Assembly (NCBI GenBank): GCA_036021505.1
Contig: JAYXVV010000175.1
Coordinates: 1 to 45,603 of the forward strand
Origin: Myxococcota bacterium
GTDB lineage: Bacteria > Myxococcota_A > UBA796 > CAJQPC01
Direction of reading: 5' to 3'
Length of the DNA stretch: 45,603 nt
A model generated the notes under the pieces. It did no database searches, was not told the DNA's origin, and saw only the letters and a program-made list of their open reading frames with translations. Each line of letters begins with the position of its first letter. Within the stretch, counting starts at the first letter, position 1. Below, one piece after another: positions 18,473-29,498 of this stretch. A program made the translations under genes and the position numbers.

Positions 18473-20226
18473 TACCAGTCTTTCTCCGAGGATTCTCCCC
18501 CCACCACAACATAAGGCTTGCCCTCTTCCACGCCCTCCAAAAGACGCATGGCCTCTTCCCCAGACATCTCCTGCACACCCGCCGCCAAGGGGGCCGATTC
18601 CTCAGGCGCTTGATCCTCCTCTTCACCTCCACCCTCAGCGAGCTCTGGCATTTCACCGTCGGATTCCGGTTCTTCAGCCTCTTCTTCGCCTTCCTCTCGC
18701 TGGCCCTCCTCCGAGGCGTCGCTCTCCTCGGATTCCTCGTCCTCACGGGATTCTTGATCGCTGTCTTGACTCTCTGAGTCTTGCTCATCCTGATCGGACC
18801 CCGAATCCTCCTCTGAATCCTCCGAGCTCTCGGCATCCTCGGACGACTCTTCTGGGGGCGGCTCCTCTTGAAGCCTTTGGGCAAGCTCCTGTCGAACCGC
18901 TTCGGCATTTCTCTGTGCCGGCTCGAAGTTGGGGTCCATTTCAAGGACCCGATCCCATGAGGTCAATGCCTCCTCGAGCTTGCCTGCAGCGTAGGCGGCG
19001 TTTCCGGCATTGTAGCGTGCTCCTTTTCTCAACTCGCTGTCGATCGCCCTGTCGGCCACCTCGACAAAGCCGCGGTAGGCCTCCTCGTACCTTCCGTCAG
19101 CAAAGTGGGAATCGGCGAGCGACCAAAGATCGCGGGGGTTGCGCACATCCACTTGTGCATCCTGCGCCCAGACTGCTGGCGAGGCTCCCAGGAGACCCAT
19201 TGCCAAAAGAAGACCACTGAGTCCCCGCCGCCGACCGCTAAACAGTGTGCCACAGAACAAGAGGGCAACAGCGAACCCCAGAGGCCACTGAAATCGCTCA
19301 TTCCAGACTTTTTCTCGTCTCTGGCCCTGTGCGCTAACGGCCAACTGACGATTCAGAGCGGCAACAATCTCTCGAGTGTCCGATGCGCCACCCGTCGACT
19401 GCACGTAAGCCCCACCTGTTTCTGAGGCGATTTTCTTCAGGGATGAATCATCGAGTTTGGTCATGACCACCTCTCCCGAGCGGGTCTTCTTGAATCCTCC
19501 CCCCTCGTTGGGGATGGGTGCTCCCGTTGTGCTTCCAATGCCGACACTGTACACCCGTATGCCTTCTTCTGAGAGGCGAACCAACTCGCCCGAGAGATCC
19601 GCATCCCAACTTTCCCCATCGGACAACAAGAGAATTGCTCTGTCGGACTCGTTTTCGAGATCCATCAGTCCTCTTGCTTCCTGGAGTGCAGAGGCCATCG
19701 ACGATCCCTGAGCACGAATGGTCTGGGTATCCGTGCGGTTGAGAATGTCTCTCAGCGCCAGGTGGTCCAGCGTCTGGGGCATTCTTGGGTAGGCTCCCCC
19801 TGCAAAGAGGACCAATCCGATCCGACTCGTCGGCATCGCTTCAATGAGATCCTGTGCCTCGCGTCGTGCGCGTTCGATGCGACTGGGATCCACATCCTCG
19901 GCATCCATCGAACGAGACACGTCGAGGGCCAGAACAATCTCAAGCCCTCGCATCTCTTGTTCTCTCCACTCATGCCCCCATCTCGGCTGGGCCAAGGCAA
20001 AAATACCCAGACCCAGTGCAACCAGCGTGAGCGTCAGCGCCCAGGCTCGTCTCCGCCAGAACTGTTTTGGTGCCACAGCAGCACTGGCCCCTGGCCCCAA
20101 GAGTCGTCGGAGATCCCTTCTCGCCCGCCCCTGCGCCCAGATCAAAAGAACGCCAGCCATTGGGATGAGCCAGAGCAGATGAAGCCAGAAACCGTGCCCA
20201 AAGCTCATGGCAACCTCCGTAGCCAT
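18472..20226 (-). CDS. vWA-domain plus TPR protein (BatB/BatC-like) with a poly-acidic C-terminal tail
   Basis: N-terminal TM helices are followed by a vWA MIDAS region (LALDVSRSMDAED...LLLSDGES) and TPR repeats. The tail is ~100 aa of Glu/Asp/Ser low complexity (EEPPPEESSEDAESSEDSEEDSGSDQDEQD...). Confidence 0.8.
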   Translation of the reverse strand: MATEVAMSFGHGFWLHLLWLIPMAGVLLIWAQGRARRDLRRLLGPGASAAVAPKQFWRRRAWALTLTLVALGLGIFALAQPRWGHEWREQEMRGLEIVLALDVSRSMDAEDVDPSRIERARREAQDLIEAMPTSRIGLVLFAGGAYPRMPQTLDHLALRDILNRTDTQTIRAQGSSMASALQEARGLMDLENESDRAILLLSDGESWDADLSGELVRLSEEGIRVYSVGIGSTTGAPIPNEGGGFKKTRSGEVVMTKLDDSSLKKIASETGGAYVQSTGGASDTREIVAALNRQLAVSAQGQRREKVWNERFQWPLGFAVALLFCGTLFSGRRRGLSGLLLAMGLLGASPAVWAQDAQVDVRNPRDLWSLADSHFADGRYEEAYRGFVEVADRAIDSELRKGARYNAGNAAYAAGKLEEALTSWDRVLEMDPNFEPAQRNAEAVRQELAQRLQEEPPPEESSEDAESSEDSEEDSGSDQDEQDSESQDSDQESREDEESEESDASEEGQREEGEEEAEEPESDGEMPELAEGGGEEEDQAPEESAPLAAGVQEMSGEEAMRLLEGVEEGKPYVVVGGESSEKDW

Positions 20227-21185
20227 GTCTGGGAGAGTAAGAGCCCAAGGGCGATCAGGGCGACGCCCGGAAAAAGTACGCCTCGGAAAAGCTCTTCCCG
20301 ATCCACACGAATCTCGATCTCTGCGGTTGTTTTCTCCAACTCGTCAATCGTGGAGTAAATCGCTGACAGACTCCGCGTGTCTGTGGCGCGAAAATACTGC
20401 CCTCCCGTGACCTCAGCAATCTGCTGAAGGGTGACCTCATCGATCTCCTCGGTACGGCCTCCGAAAAAGCCACGTCGACGGGATTCGGTGGAGCCGACAC
20501 CGATGGTGTACACCGTCACACCCAGCGCATGGGCCGCCTCCGCAGCCTGTTGAGGGCTCAGTGAACCCGCATTGCTTCGTCCATCTGTCAGCAGGATCAC
20601 AACTCGGGATTCGGCCTTCAACCTGCCAAGCTGCCGAGCTGAAATCGCAAGTGCTTGGCCAATAGCCGTTCGATTTGCACCCGCCATACCGATCTCCACA
20701 TTCCGGAGAAAATCGACCAGCGCATCGTGATCCAGAGTGAGCGGTACCTGGGTGAATGCCTCCTCTCCAAAAACCACCAGACCAATGCGATCGTAGGGCC
20801 GCTCCTTGACGAAATCGCCCACGACCTTCTTGGCCACGTGAAGCCGATCCACTTCTCGGCCCTGCAGCCGGAAGTCGAGGGCCTCCATCGAGCCGGAAAC
20901 ATCAATCGCGAGGACGATGTCAATGCCCTCCGAGCTCACCACCTGCTCCGTATTGACACGCTGAGGGCGAGCCATGGCCACAATCAAAATGGCTACCCCC
21001 AGAGCGTGAAAAACACCAGGGAGGAAGGACAGGACCAAACGAGCACTGCGTCCACGCCCCAATCCTGCTGTGGAGGACCACGGTATCGCCGCGCGGGCTT
21101 TGGAACGCCTCTGTTTCCAGAGAAGAAGGACCCAGGGGAGCAACAACAGAAGAAACAGAGGATGTCTCCATTCAATCATCCGCAT
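20205..21185 (-). CDS. vWA-domain membrane protein (BatA-like)
   Basis: The N-terminus has two TM helices. A vWA domain follows (IVLAIDVSGSM...ILLTDGRSNAG...TIGVGS). Confidence 0.8.
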   Translation of the reverse strand: MRMIEWRHPLFLLLLLPWVLLLWKQRRSKARAAIPWSSTAGLGRGRSARLVLSFLPGVFHALGVAILIVAMARPQRVNTEQVVSSEGIDIVLAIDVSGSMEALDFRLQGREVDRLHVAKKVVGDFVKERPYDRIGLVVFGEEAFTQVPLTLDHDALVDFLRNVEIGMAGANRTAIGQALAISARQLGRLKAESRVVILLTDGRSNAGSLSPQQAAEAAHALGVTVYTIGVGSTESRRRGFFGGRTEEIDEVTLQQIAEVTGGQYFRATDTRSLSAIYSTIDELEKTTAEIEIRVDREELFRGVLFPGVALIALGLLLSQTWLRRLP

Positions 21186-22068
21186 CCTCCTTGGGTTCCA
21201 GACGCCAACGCGTCGTGGAGATCAGTTCTCGAAAGTCCTGATCGAGGGCCTTGAAAAGAGCGGTTCCTCCCCCTCTCCGAGCGTACTTGATCCGATCCGT
21301 TGCACTGAGCAAGCGCTTTGACTGAGTCCACTGATTTTCATCCAACTCTTCCTTGATCTCGCGCAAGACCTCAGCGGAGGTAAAGGCGCTTGCTGGAAGC
21401 TCAAAGACCCGTTCGAGATAGCGCCGGTAGATCTGGGACAACACGAGTGCTCGGGCATGATCGTCCAAACCCTGCCGCGTGTAGGCTTCTGACCATGCGT
21501 CGAGCGCCTCTCGATCGGCCGGGATGGGTGCTGGAGGGGGCACCTCTCTGCTCGGGCGTCTCATCCACCAGAACAGAGCGAGACCCAGAACTGCAAGCCC
21601 CGCCAAGCCTGCCAAGAGTCGTGAGGGCCAGGGGCTTTCCGGGGCTGGAGGCAAGTCAAACAATCCCTCGAGTTCGGAGCTCGGGCCGTCGAAGCCAATG
21701 TCCACGAACACGCGTGGACTTTCTCGCTCCACGGTCTGACCGTCTGGACCCGAGAACACAAAGGTCTGGGCGGCAATCACATAGCTTCCCTCCTCTCCCG
21801 ACAGCCCGAAGCGAAAGCTTGCTTGCTCCCCCGCGGAGAGGTCCTCCACTTCCGCACCGAGTTCCTCTGCAGTCAACTGGCCAAAATCCAGCTCAAAAGG
21901 CTGATATGTCCATCCCTCTTGGGTAGTGATGCGCAGATCAAAGGTGAGTTCCTCACCCGCAGCAACCGCTTTTTTTTCGACCCCCACCTCAACGGCCACG
22001 TCCGGCTGCGCGAGAGGATCGAGCATCAGCGGCTCCTGACATGCCCACAGCAGCACCACAAGGCTCAT
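21172..22068 (-). CDS. Hypothetical membrane protein (DUF4381-like position in MoxR/Bat operon)
   Basis: It has a central TM helix (LLAGLAGLAVLGLALFWW) and a proline-rich linker. It sits between the DUF58 and BatA genes with overlapping stop and start codons. Confidence 0.55.
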   Translation of the reverse strand: MSLVVLLWACQEPLMLDPLAQPDVAVEVGVEKKAVAAGEELTFDLRITTQEGWTYQPFELDFGQLTAEELGAEVEDLSAGEQASFRFGLSGEEGSYVIAAQTFVFSGPDGQTVERESPRVFVDIGFDGPSSELEGLFDLPPAPESPWPSRLLAGLAGLAVLGLALFWWMRRPSREVPPPAPIPADREALDAWSEAYTRQGLDDHARALVLSQIYRRYLERVFELPASAFTSAEVLREIKEELDENQWTQSKRLLSATDRIKYARRGGGTALFKALDQDFRELISTTRWRLEPKEDADD

Positions 22069-22928
22069 CGCCGCCGCTCCGCAGTTCGGAAGTGACGCAT
22101 GAGACCCAAGAAAGGATCGGCCTCAGTCGAAATGCTGGTCACGAGGGCGCCGCTTCGCCGCAGTTCCGTTTCTCGGCGGCGCTGCCATTCCCCTGGGGTC
22201 CAATGCCGGCTGTCCATCAAGAGCCGAGACCCGGTCTCTGCATCCTCGAGTTCGATGAGTCCCACATCGCCTGAAGAGGTTTCCAGCGGGTCGGTCATGA
22301 CAAAGCAATGGGTTTGATGCCGTGCCGAGAGTACAGAAAGTGCCCGATAGGGATTGTCTCCCAGAAAATCAGAAACCACACAGACCACCGCACGCCGCTT
22401 GAGCGACCGGCTGAGTTCCTCGAGAGCCAAGGCGACGTCCGTACTTTTTCGCTGAGCAGAGGGTGCGAAAACCTCACGTATGATGCGCCACGCATGACCG
22501 CGGTTCTTTCGAGGAGGAACAAACAGCTCAACCTGGTCGGAGAAGCAGAGAAGCCCCACGCGATCGTTGTTTCGGATCGCCGCATAGGCCAAGGCTCCAG
22601 CCACACGGGCCTGCTGTTTCTTTTTGTTCGTGAACCCATCCCGTCCCCCCGACCCAAAATTCATGGAGCCGGAGACATCGATCGCAAGCATGACGGTGAG
22701 TTCTCTTTCCTCCCGAAAAACCTTGACGTGAGGTTCATCCGTTCGTGCCATCACATTCCAGTCGATGTGACGAACGTCGTCTCCCTCGACGTAGGGTCTT
22801 ACCTCCTCAAACTCCATTCCACGCCCTTTGAACGCCGACCGGTAGCCTCCCGCAAAAAGGGAGTCGACCCGACGGCCAGCCTGGACCGCGAGTCGTTGAA
22901 TCTGGTGCAACTCCTCAGCAGTGAGCAT
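22065..22928 (-). CDS. DUF58 domain protein (MoxR-associated vWA-like)
   Basis: DUF58 hallmarks are present (FKGRGMEFEEVRPYVEGDDVRHIDWNVMAR...LAIDVSGSM). It lies directly downstream of MoxR. Confidence 0.8.
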   Translation of the reverse strand: MLTAEELHQIQRLAVQAGRRVDSLFAGGYRSAFKGRGMEFEEVRPYVEGDDVRHIDWNVMARTDEPHVKVFREERELTVMLAIDVSGSMNFGSGGRDGFTNKKKQQARVAGALAYAAIRNNDRVGLLCFSDQVELFVPPRKNRGHAWRIIREVFAPSAQRKSTDVALALEELSRSLKRRAVVCVVSDFLGDNPYRALSVLSARHQTHCFVMTDPLETSSGDVGLIELEDAETGSRLLMDSRHWTPGEWQRRRETELRRSGALVTSISTEADPFLGLMRHFRTAERRR

Positions 22929-22933
22929 GGGGC

Positions 22934-23911
22934 CTACGGCGCTGGAACGGTGTCGAAGAGGTTCTGGATGATGCTGTCCGCGTTGAGCTGCTCAGCCTCT
23001 GCCTCGTAGGTAAGGAGTACCCGATGACGCAACACATCCAAGCCGACAGCCTTGACGTCATCCGGAGTGACATAGGCACGGCCATCGAGAAAGGCGTGGG
23101 CTCGAGAAGCAGCGGCAAGGTTGATCGAGGCCCGTGGCGACGCGCCAAACTCGATGTAGCGCTCCAGCTTCAGTCCGTAGGCTTTGGGGTCCCGTGTCGC
23201 CCGAACAAGGTCCAGAATGTAATCCCCCACGACCTGTTCCAGCAGAATCTGAGAGGTCAGCACCTGGGCCTTACCGACCTCCTCGAGTGTGCAGACAGGC
23301 TGTACCTCCACGGCAGGCCGCGCAGACCGCAAGACGATCTCACGCTCCTCATCCCGCGTGGGATAGTCCACACGAATTTTCATCATAAAGCGGTCAACCT
23401 GCGCTTCAGGGAGGGGGTAGGTCCCTTCTTGCTCAATCGGGTTCTGAGTCGCTAAAACCAAAAACGGGGCCGGGAGTGCATAGCTGTGGTCTCCCAAGGT
23501 CACTTGCCGTTCCTGCATGGCCTCCAAGAGTGCTGACTGAACCTTCGCTGGAGCACGATTGATTTCGTCCGCAAGCAGAATGTTGGCGAAAACCGGTCCT
23601 TTCCGAGTCGAGAAACTGGCCTCTTTCGGGTTGTAGACTTGAGTCCCCAGCACATCTGCTGGGAGAAGGTCCGGAGTGAATTGGATGCGGGCAAACTGTC
23701 CGTCCAGCGCCTCTGCAAGTGCACGAACGGCCGTAGTCTTGGCGAGTCCCGGCACGCCCTCCAACAAAATGTGCCCGTTGGCCAACAGGCCAATCAACAG
23801 ACGCTGCATCATCGTCTGCTGCCCCACGAGAACTTTTTCAACTTCCACTTGGAGGCCCGTGAAAGCCTCCCGAGCCTCGACGATGCGCGGCTCCAACTCC
23901 TCAATGCGCAT
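22934..23911 (-). CDS. MoxR-family AAA+ ATPase
   Basis: It has Walker A (GVPGLAKT) and Walker B (LLADEINRA), with an overall MoxR architecture. Confidence 0.9.
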   Translation of the reverse strand: MRIEELEPRIVEAREAFTGLQVEVEKVLVGQQTMMQRLLIGLLANGHILLEGVPGLAKTTAVRALAEALDGQFARIQFTPDLLPADVLGTQVYNPKEASFSTRKGPVFANILLADEINRAPAKVQSALLEAMQERQVTLGDHSYALPAPFLVLATQNPIEQEGTYPLPEAQVDRFMMKIRVDYPTRDEEREIVLRSARPAVEVQPVCTLEEVGKAQVLTSQILLEQVVGDYILDLVRATRDPKAYGLKLERYIEFGASPRASINLAAASRAHAFLDGRAYVTPDDVKAVGLDVLRHRVLLTYEAEAEQLNADSIIQNLFDTVPAP

Positions 23912-23925
23912 ACGAGCGCTCCTGA

Positions 23926-25035
23926 TCAGCGGGTTAGTTCATCCACAAACTTTCGAAAGAAGCCCTTCTTGGCAGGACGCTCTTCCTCAAGCGACTCCAA
24001 CTCTTTCAACAACACCTCTTCTTTCTTGCTGAGCTTTGTGGGGACCTCAACCACCACCTGAACGTGCTGGTCGCCCTTGTGGGAGGGACGGTTGGGTAAG
24101 GAGGCACCCTGACCCCTCAGTCTGAAGATTCGCCCCGATGGCGTCCCCTTGGGAATCTTTAGCTTCGCCTTTCCGGACACAGTGGGAACGACCAGTTCAC
24201 CACCCAAGCAAGCCTTGGAGTAACCAATCGGTACCGAGCAGTAGATGTCCGCACCATCGCGCTCAAAGAACTCATGGTCTTTGACGCGCATGGCCACATA
24301 AAGGTCACCAGCAGGCGCTCCCGGCTGACCGGCTTCGCCTTTTCCACCCACCCTCAAGCGTTGTCCTGTGTCGATACCCGCAGGAATGCTGACCTCGATC
24401 TTTTCAACCTCCCGAACCACTCCGGCTCCGCGACAACTCTTGCACGGATTCGGGATGATCTTTCCTCGACCCCTGCAGGCGGGACACTCGCTCTCAAAGC
24501 GAAAGAAGGCTTGCTGCTGGTACACCTTTCCGGCTCCATTGCATTGCCCACAGGTTTGAACGCTCGTCCCGGGCTCGGCGCCTTGTCCATTGCACGCCTT
24601 ACAGGTCACGTTTTTCGGAATTTCGACGGTCTTCTTGCAGCCCTCAATCGCCTCCATGAAGTCCAAGTTGAGCCGATACTCGAGATCCGCGCCCCGACGA
24701 GGTCCCGCGCGACGGCCACGCCCTCCTCCGCCAAAGAGGTCACCGAAGATGTCGGAGAAGTGCTCAAAAATGTCCTGGTTGGAAGAGAAGCCGCCACCCA
24801 TTCCCTGGCCACGGAGACCGTCCTTTCCGAACTGGTCGTAGGTGGAGCGTTTCTGTGGATCCGAGAGCACTTCGTAGGCCTCGGAGATTTCTTTGAACTT
24901 TTGCTCTGCACCCTCTTCCTGGTTCCGGTCGGGGTGGTACTTCAGAGCCAGCTTCCGATAAGCCTTCTTTAGCGTAGACTCGTCCGCCTGCGGTGAGACG
25001 CCGAGAAGGTCATAGTATTGGGTGTCCACAGCCAC
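23926..25035 (-). CDS. dnaJ: Molecular chaperone DnaJ
   Basis: The J-domain (YYDLLGV...YHPDRN), a G/F region and four CxxCxGxG zinc-finger repeats are present. The likely start is GTG at 25035, 7 nt after a GGAGGA ribosome-binding site, giving MAVDTQYYD. Confidence 0.9.
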   Translation of the reverse strand: MAVDTQYYDLLGVSPQADESTLKKAYRKLALKYHPDRNQEEGAEQKFKEISEAYEVLSDPQKRSTYDQFGKDGLRGQGMGGGFSSNQDIFEHFSDIFGDLFGGGGRGRRAGPRRGADLEYRLNLDFMEAIEGCKKTVEIPKNVTCKACNGQGAEPGTSVQTCGQCNGAGKVYQQQAFFRFESECPACRGRGKIIPNPCKSCRGAGVVREVEKIEVSIPAGIDTGQRLRVGGKGEAGQPGAPAGDLYVAMRVKDHEFFERDGADIYCSVPIGYSKACLGGELVVPTVSGKAKLKIPKGTPSGRIFRLRGQGASLPNRPSHKGDQHVQVVVEVPTKLSKKEEVLLKELESLEEERPAKKGFFRKFVDELTR

Positions 25036-25097
25036 AGGCGGATCCTCCTCGTGCGCTCTCTCTCGCAACCCTGCGAGAGAGATGCACCATACACCGT

Positions 25098-26990
25098 TTA
25101 GGCTTCTTCAAACTCCGCGTCGATGACATCGTCATCGTCGTTGGCCGATCCGGTAGCGGGGTCCGCTCCCTCAGGGCCAGCGGGACCACCTGCGTTGTTG
25201 GCTTGGTACAGCACCTGGGCCAGCTCCTGGCTCTTGGTCAGGATGGCCTCGGATGCGGCCTTCATCGCCTCCGGATCGTCAGAGTCCAGCGACTCCTTCC
25301 CTGCGTCGACTGTTGCCTGAACGCCCGAGACCAGCTCAGCCGGAAGTTTGTCGCCATTCTCGGTGAGCAGTTTCTCCGTCTGGTAGATCAAGTTGTCGAG
25401 GTTGTTGCGAGCCTCAATGACTTCCTTTTTCCGGTTGTCATCTGCTGCGTTCTCTTCGGCCTCCTGAACCAGGCGCTCGACTTCACTCTCGTCCAGTCCC
25501 GAGGATGCAGTGATGGTGATCTGCTGCTCCTTGCCAGTGGCTTTGTCGGTTGCCTTGACGTTGACGATTCCGTTTGCGTCGATGTCAAACGACACCTCAA
25601 CTTGGGGCATTCCGCGCGGCGCTGGGGCAATCCCATCGAGACGGAAGTTGCCAAGAAGCCGGTTCTGCCCCGCCATGGGCCGTTCACCTTGGTAGACTTG
25701 GATGTCGACTGCCGTCTGGTTGTCTGCCGCAGTGGAGAAGGTCTCACTCTTCGACGAGGGGATGGTCGTGTTTCTCGGGATGAGCACCGTCATCACTCCA
25801 CCCAAGGTCTCCAACCCCAGCGACAGGGGCGTCACATCCAGCAACAGCATGTCCGTGACGTCACCGGCGAGGATTCCTCCTTGGATGGCAGCTCCCATCG
25901 CCACAACCTCATCGGGATTGACCGACGAGTTGGGTGCCTTTCCGAACAGCCCCTTGACCTTCTCAAGCACCAGTGGGATTCGGGTCGAGCCACCCACCAA
26001 AATGACCTCATTGACCTGCGAGGCCTGCAGCCCTGCATCCTTCAGGGCAGCCCGGCAAGGCCCGAGGGTTCGCTCGATGATGGGATCGATCATCTGTTCA
26101 AACTGAGCGCGACTGAGACTCATTTCGAGGTGCTTCGGGCCCGTTGCATCTGCAGTCAGGAAAGGGAGATTGATGCTGGTGCTGGGGGATGAGGACAACT
26201 CAATCTTGGCCTTCTCCGCCGCATCCTTCAAACGCTGAAGGACCATCTTGTCTTGGCTCAGGTCAATTCCCGTGTCCCCTTTGAACGAGGACACCAACCA
26301 ATCGATGATGACCTGATCCACGTCATCGCCTCCAAGGTGCGTGTCACCCGATGTGGACTTGACCTCTACGACGGAATCACCCACCTCAAGAATCGAGATG
26401 TCGAAGGTTCCACCACCGAAGTCATAGACGGCCACAATTTCATCGTCCGGTCGGTCAATGCCGTAGGACAAGGCTGCTGCAGTGGGCTCGTTGATGATTC
26501 GCTTCACCTCGAGACCCGCAATCTGCCCCGCGTCTTTGGTGGCCTGTCGCTGTGCGTCATTGAAGTACGCCGGGACGGTGATCACGGCCTCTGTGACCTC
26601 AGCTCCGAGGTACTTTTCCGCCTGCCTTTTGAGCTTCTGCAACACTACTGCAGAAATCTCGGGCGCCGAATACGCCTTGCCGTCGATCTGGACCCGACAG
26701 TCTCCAGAGTCTCCCTTCACAACATTGTAAGGAACCCGCTCAACCTCTTTTTGAGCCTCATCGAACCGAGAGCCCATAAAGCGCTTGATGGAGTAGATGG
26801 TGTTTTCAGGGTTGGTAATGGCCTGTCGACGCGCGGGAGCACCAACGATCCGATCGCCGTCCTTGAACGCCACCACAGAAGGTGTCGTGCGTGTGCCCTC
26901 ATCGTTCACGATGACAACGGGAGCGTCTCCCTCCATCACCGAGACCACTGAGTTGGTCGTACCGAGGTCAATGCCGATAATCTTGCCCAT
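25098..26990 (-). CDS. dnaK: Molecular chaperone DnaK (Hsp70)
   Basis: The N-terminus is [14 protein letters not shown], followed by Hsp70 signatures throughout. The start is ATG at 26990, preceded by a GGAGGAAGAC ribosome-binding site. The ORF track extends 53 codons further upstream. Confidence 0.95.
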   Translation of the reverse strand: MGKIIGIDLGTTNSVVSVMEGDAPVVIVNDEGTRTTPSVVAFKDGDRIVGAPARRQAITNPENTIYSIKRFMGSRFDEAQKEVERVPYNVVKGDSGDCRVQIDGKAYSAPEISAVVLQKLKRQAEKYLGAEVTEAVITVPAYFNDAQRQATKDAGQIAGLEVKRIINEPTAAALSYGIDRPDDEIVAVYDFGGGTFDISILEVGDSVVEVKSTSGDTHLGGDDVDQVIIDWLVSSFKGDTGIDLSQDKMVLQRLKDAAEKAKIELSSSPSTSINLPFLTADATGPKHLEMSLSRAQFEQMIDPIIERTLGPCRAALKDAGLQASQVNEVILVGGSTRIPLVLEKVKGLFGKAPNSSVNPDEVVAMGAAIQGGILAGDVTDMLLLDVTPLSLGLETLGGVMTVLIPRNTTIPSSKSETFSTAADNQTAVDIQVYQGERPMAGQNRLLGNFRLDGIAPAPRGMPQVEVSFDIDANGIVNVKATDKATGKEQQITITASSGLDESEVERLVQEAEENAADDNRKKEVIEARNNLDNLIYQTEKLLTENGDKLPAELVSGVQATVDAGKESLDSDDPEAMKAASEAILTKSQELAQVLYQANNAGGPAGPEGADPATGSANDDDDVIDAEFEEA

Positions 26991-27197
26991 GTCTTCCTCC
27001 AGGCTCAATCCCGCCTGCTGTGGAGTCGTTTTGATTCGCTCAAGCTGCGTACTCTTGGGATTCCCCACAAGCAGCCTGTCCTGTGTCGATCCGGAAGCTA
27101 ATCCCAGCGATTTTGGCGTCAAGACCCCAGGACACAAATGTCGCGACATTCCCGGCCGTTATCCAATAAAAATGAGTGATTTTAGGCCTTTGAAAAC

Positions 27198-27214
27198 TGG
27201 CATACGGTTTGCCA
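27198..27214 (+). promoter_or_regulatory. Candidate sigma-54 (-24/-12) promoter
   Basis: TGGCAT-N5-TTTGC spans 27198-27213, with the GG and GC dinucleotides 12 nt apart as in the consensus TGGCAC-N5-TTGC. It lies in the dnaK/groES divergent spacer and faces groES. Confidence 0.45.
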
Positions 27215-27225
27215 TTCTCCCTTGT

Positions 27226-27345
27226 AGTCTCAGCGAAAACACCCTGCCCTGAACCACCTCGCTGAGACTTCTCCGCTCGGGAAACCCCCGCGCGAGAACC
27301 CAAACCTTGAGGCCGTGCACAATTCCGTGCACGGCCTCTTTTTTT
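27226..27345 (+). ncRNA. Putative structured leader or small RNA ending in an intrinsic-terminator hairpin
   Basis: A 10-bp perfect stem, AGTCTCAGCG (27226-27235) pairing with CGCTGAGACT (27260-27269), lies just downstream of the predicted TSS. A second GC-rich region follows. The 3' hairpin is a 12-bp perfect stem, GAGGCCGTGCAC (27309-27320) pairing with GTGCACGGCCTC (27327-27338), with T7 at 27339-27345. Confidence 0.35.
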
Positions 27346-27432
27346 CCCTTGACGATCGCTTTCGCGGTGCCTACCTCCTCCGCCTGGTACAGAAACACGC
27401 CCACCTGGTTTAGAACCGCAGGAGCACAATCA

Positions 27433-27720
27433 ATGGCATTTCGACCCCTCTACGACCGAGTTCTTATCAAGCGATTGAGCGCCGATGAAAAAGTCGGTGG
27501 ACTCTACATTCCCGAGTCTGCGAAAGAAAAGCCCCTCCAGGGCGAGGTCATCGCCGTAGGACCCGGAGCGCGGCTCGACAACGGGGAAACGCGCAACCCC
27601 TCCGTCAAAGCCGGTGACCGTGTTCTGTTTGGCAAGTACTCCGGAGACGAAGTGCAGGTCGACGGAAGCAAGCACCTCATCATGCGCGAGAGCGAGATCC
27701 TCGCCCTCATCGAGAACTGA
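27433..27720 (+). CDS. groES: Co-chaperonin GroES
   Basis: [14 protein letters not shown]...GEVIAVGPG...GDRVLFGKY is a typical 95-aa Hsp10. The start is ATG 27433 within the longer ORF-track frame. Confidence 0.9.
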   Translation: MAFRPLYDRVLIKRLSADEKVGGLYIPESAKEKPLQGEVIAVGPGARLDNGETRNPSVKAGDRVLFGKYSGDEVQVDGSKHLIMRESEILALIEN

Positions 27721-29421
<1,701 letters not shown>

Positions 29422-29443
29422 GTCCCGCCTCACCGCGTCAACG

Positions 29444-29481
29444 AAAGCCCCCGACTTCCCGTCGGGGGCTTTCTTGCTTTT
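29444..29481 (+). terminator. Rho-independent terminator after groEL (possibly bidirectional)
   Basis: A 12-bp perfect stem, AAAGCCCCCGAC pairing with GTCGGGGGCTTT, has a 5-nt loop. It is followed by TTTCTTGCTTTT, with an A-rich 5' flank. It sits between convergent gene ends. Confidence 0.7.
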
Positions 29482-29498
29482 GACCCAAGAGCCCTACG

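Noticed and set aside
18390-19220. Plus-strand 276-aa and minus-strand 180-aa ORFs over the BatB/C acidic tail
   Set aside because: They are artefacts of the GA/GAG-rich low-complexity coding repeat. They translate to Pro/Arg-rich nonsense.
26991-27432. Search for a CIRCE/HrcA or HAIR/HspR operator upstream of dnaK and groES
   Set aside because: No match was found to TTAGCACTC-N9-GAGTGCTAA or CTTGAGT-N7-ACTCAAG. The CTCAAG…CTCTTG pair at ~27040-27060 is direct, not inverted. Reported instead as absence plus the sigma-54 candidate.
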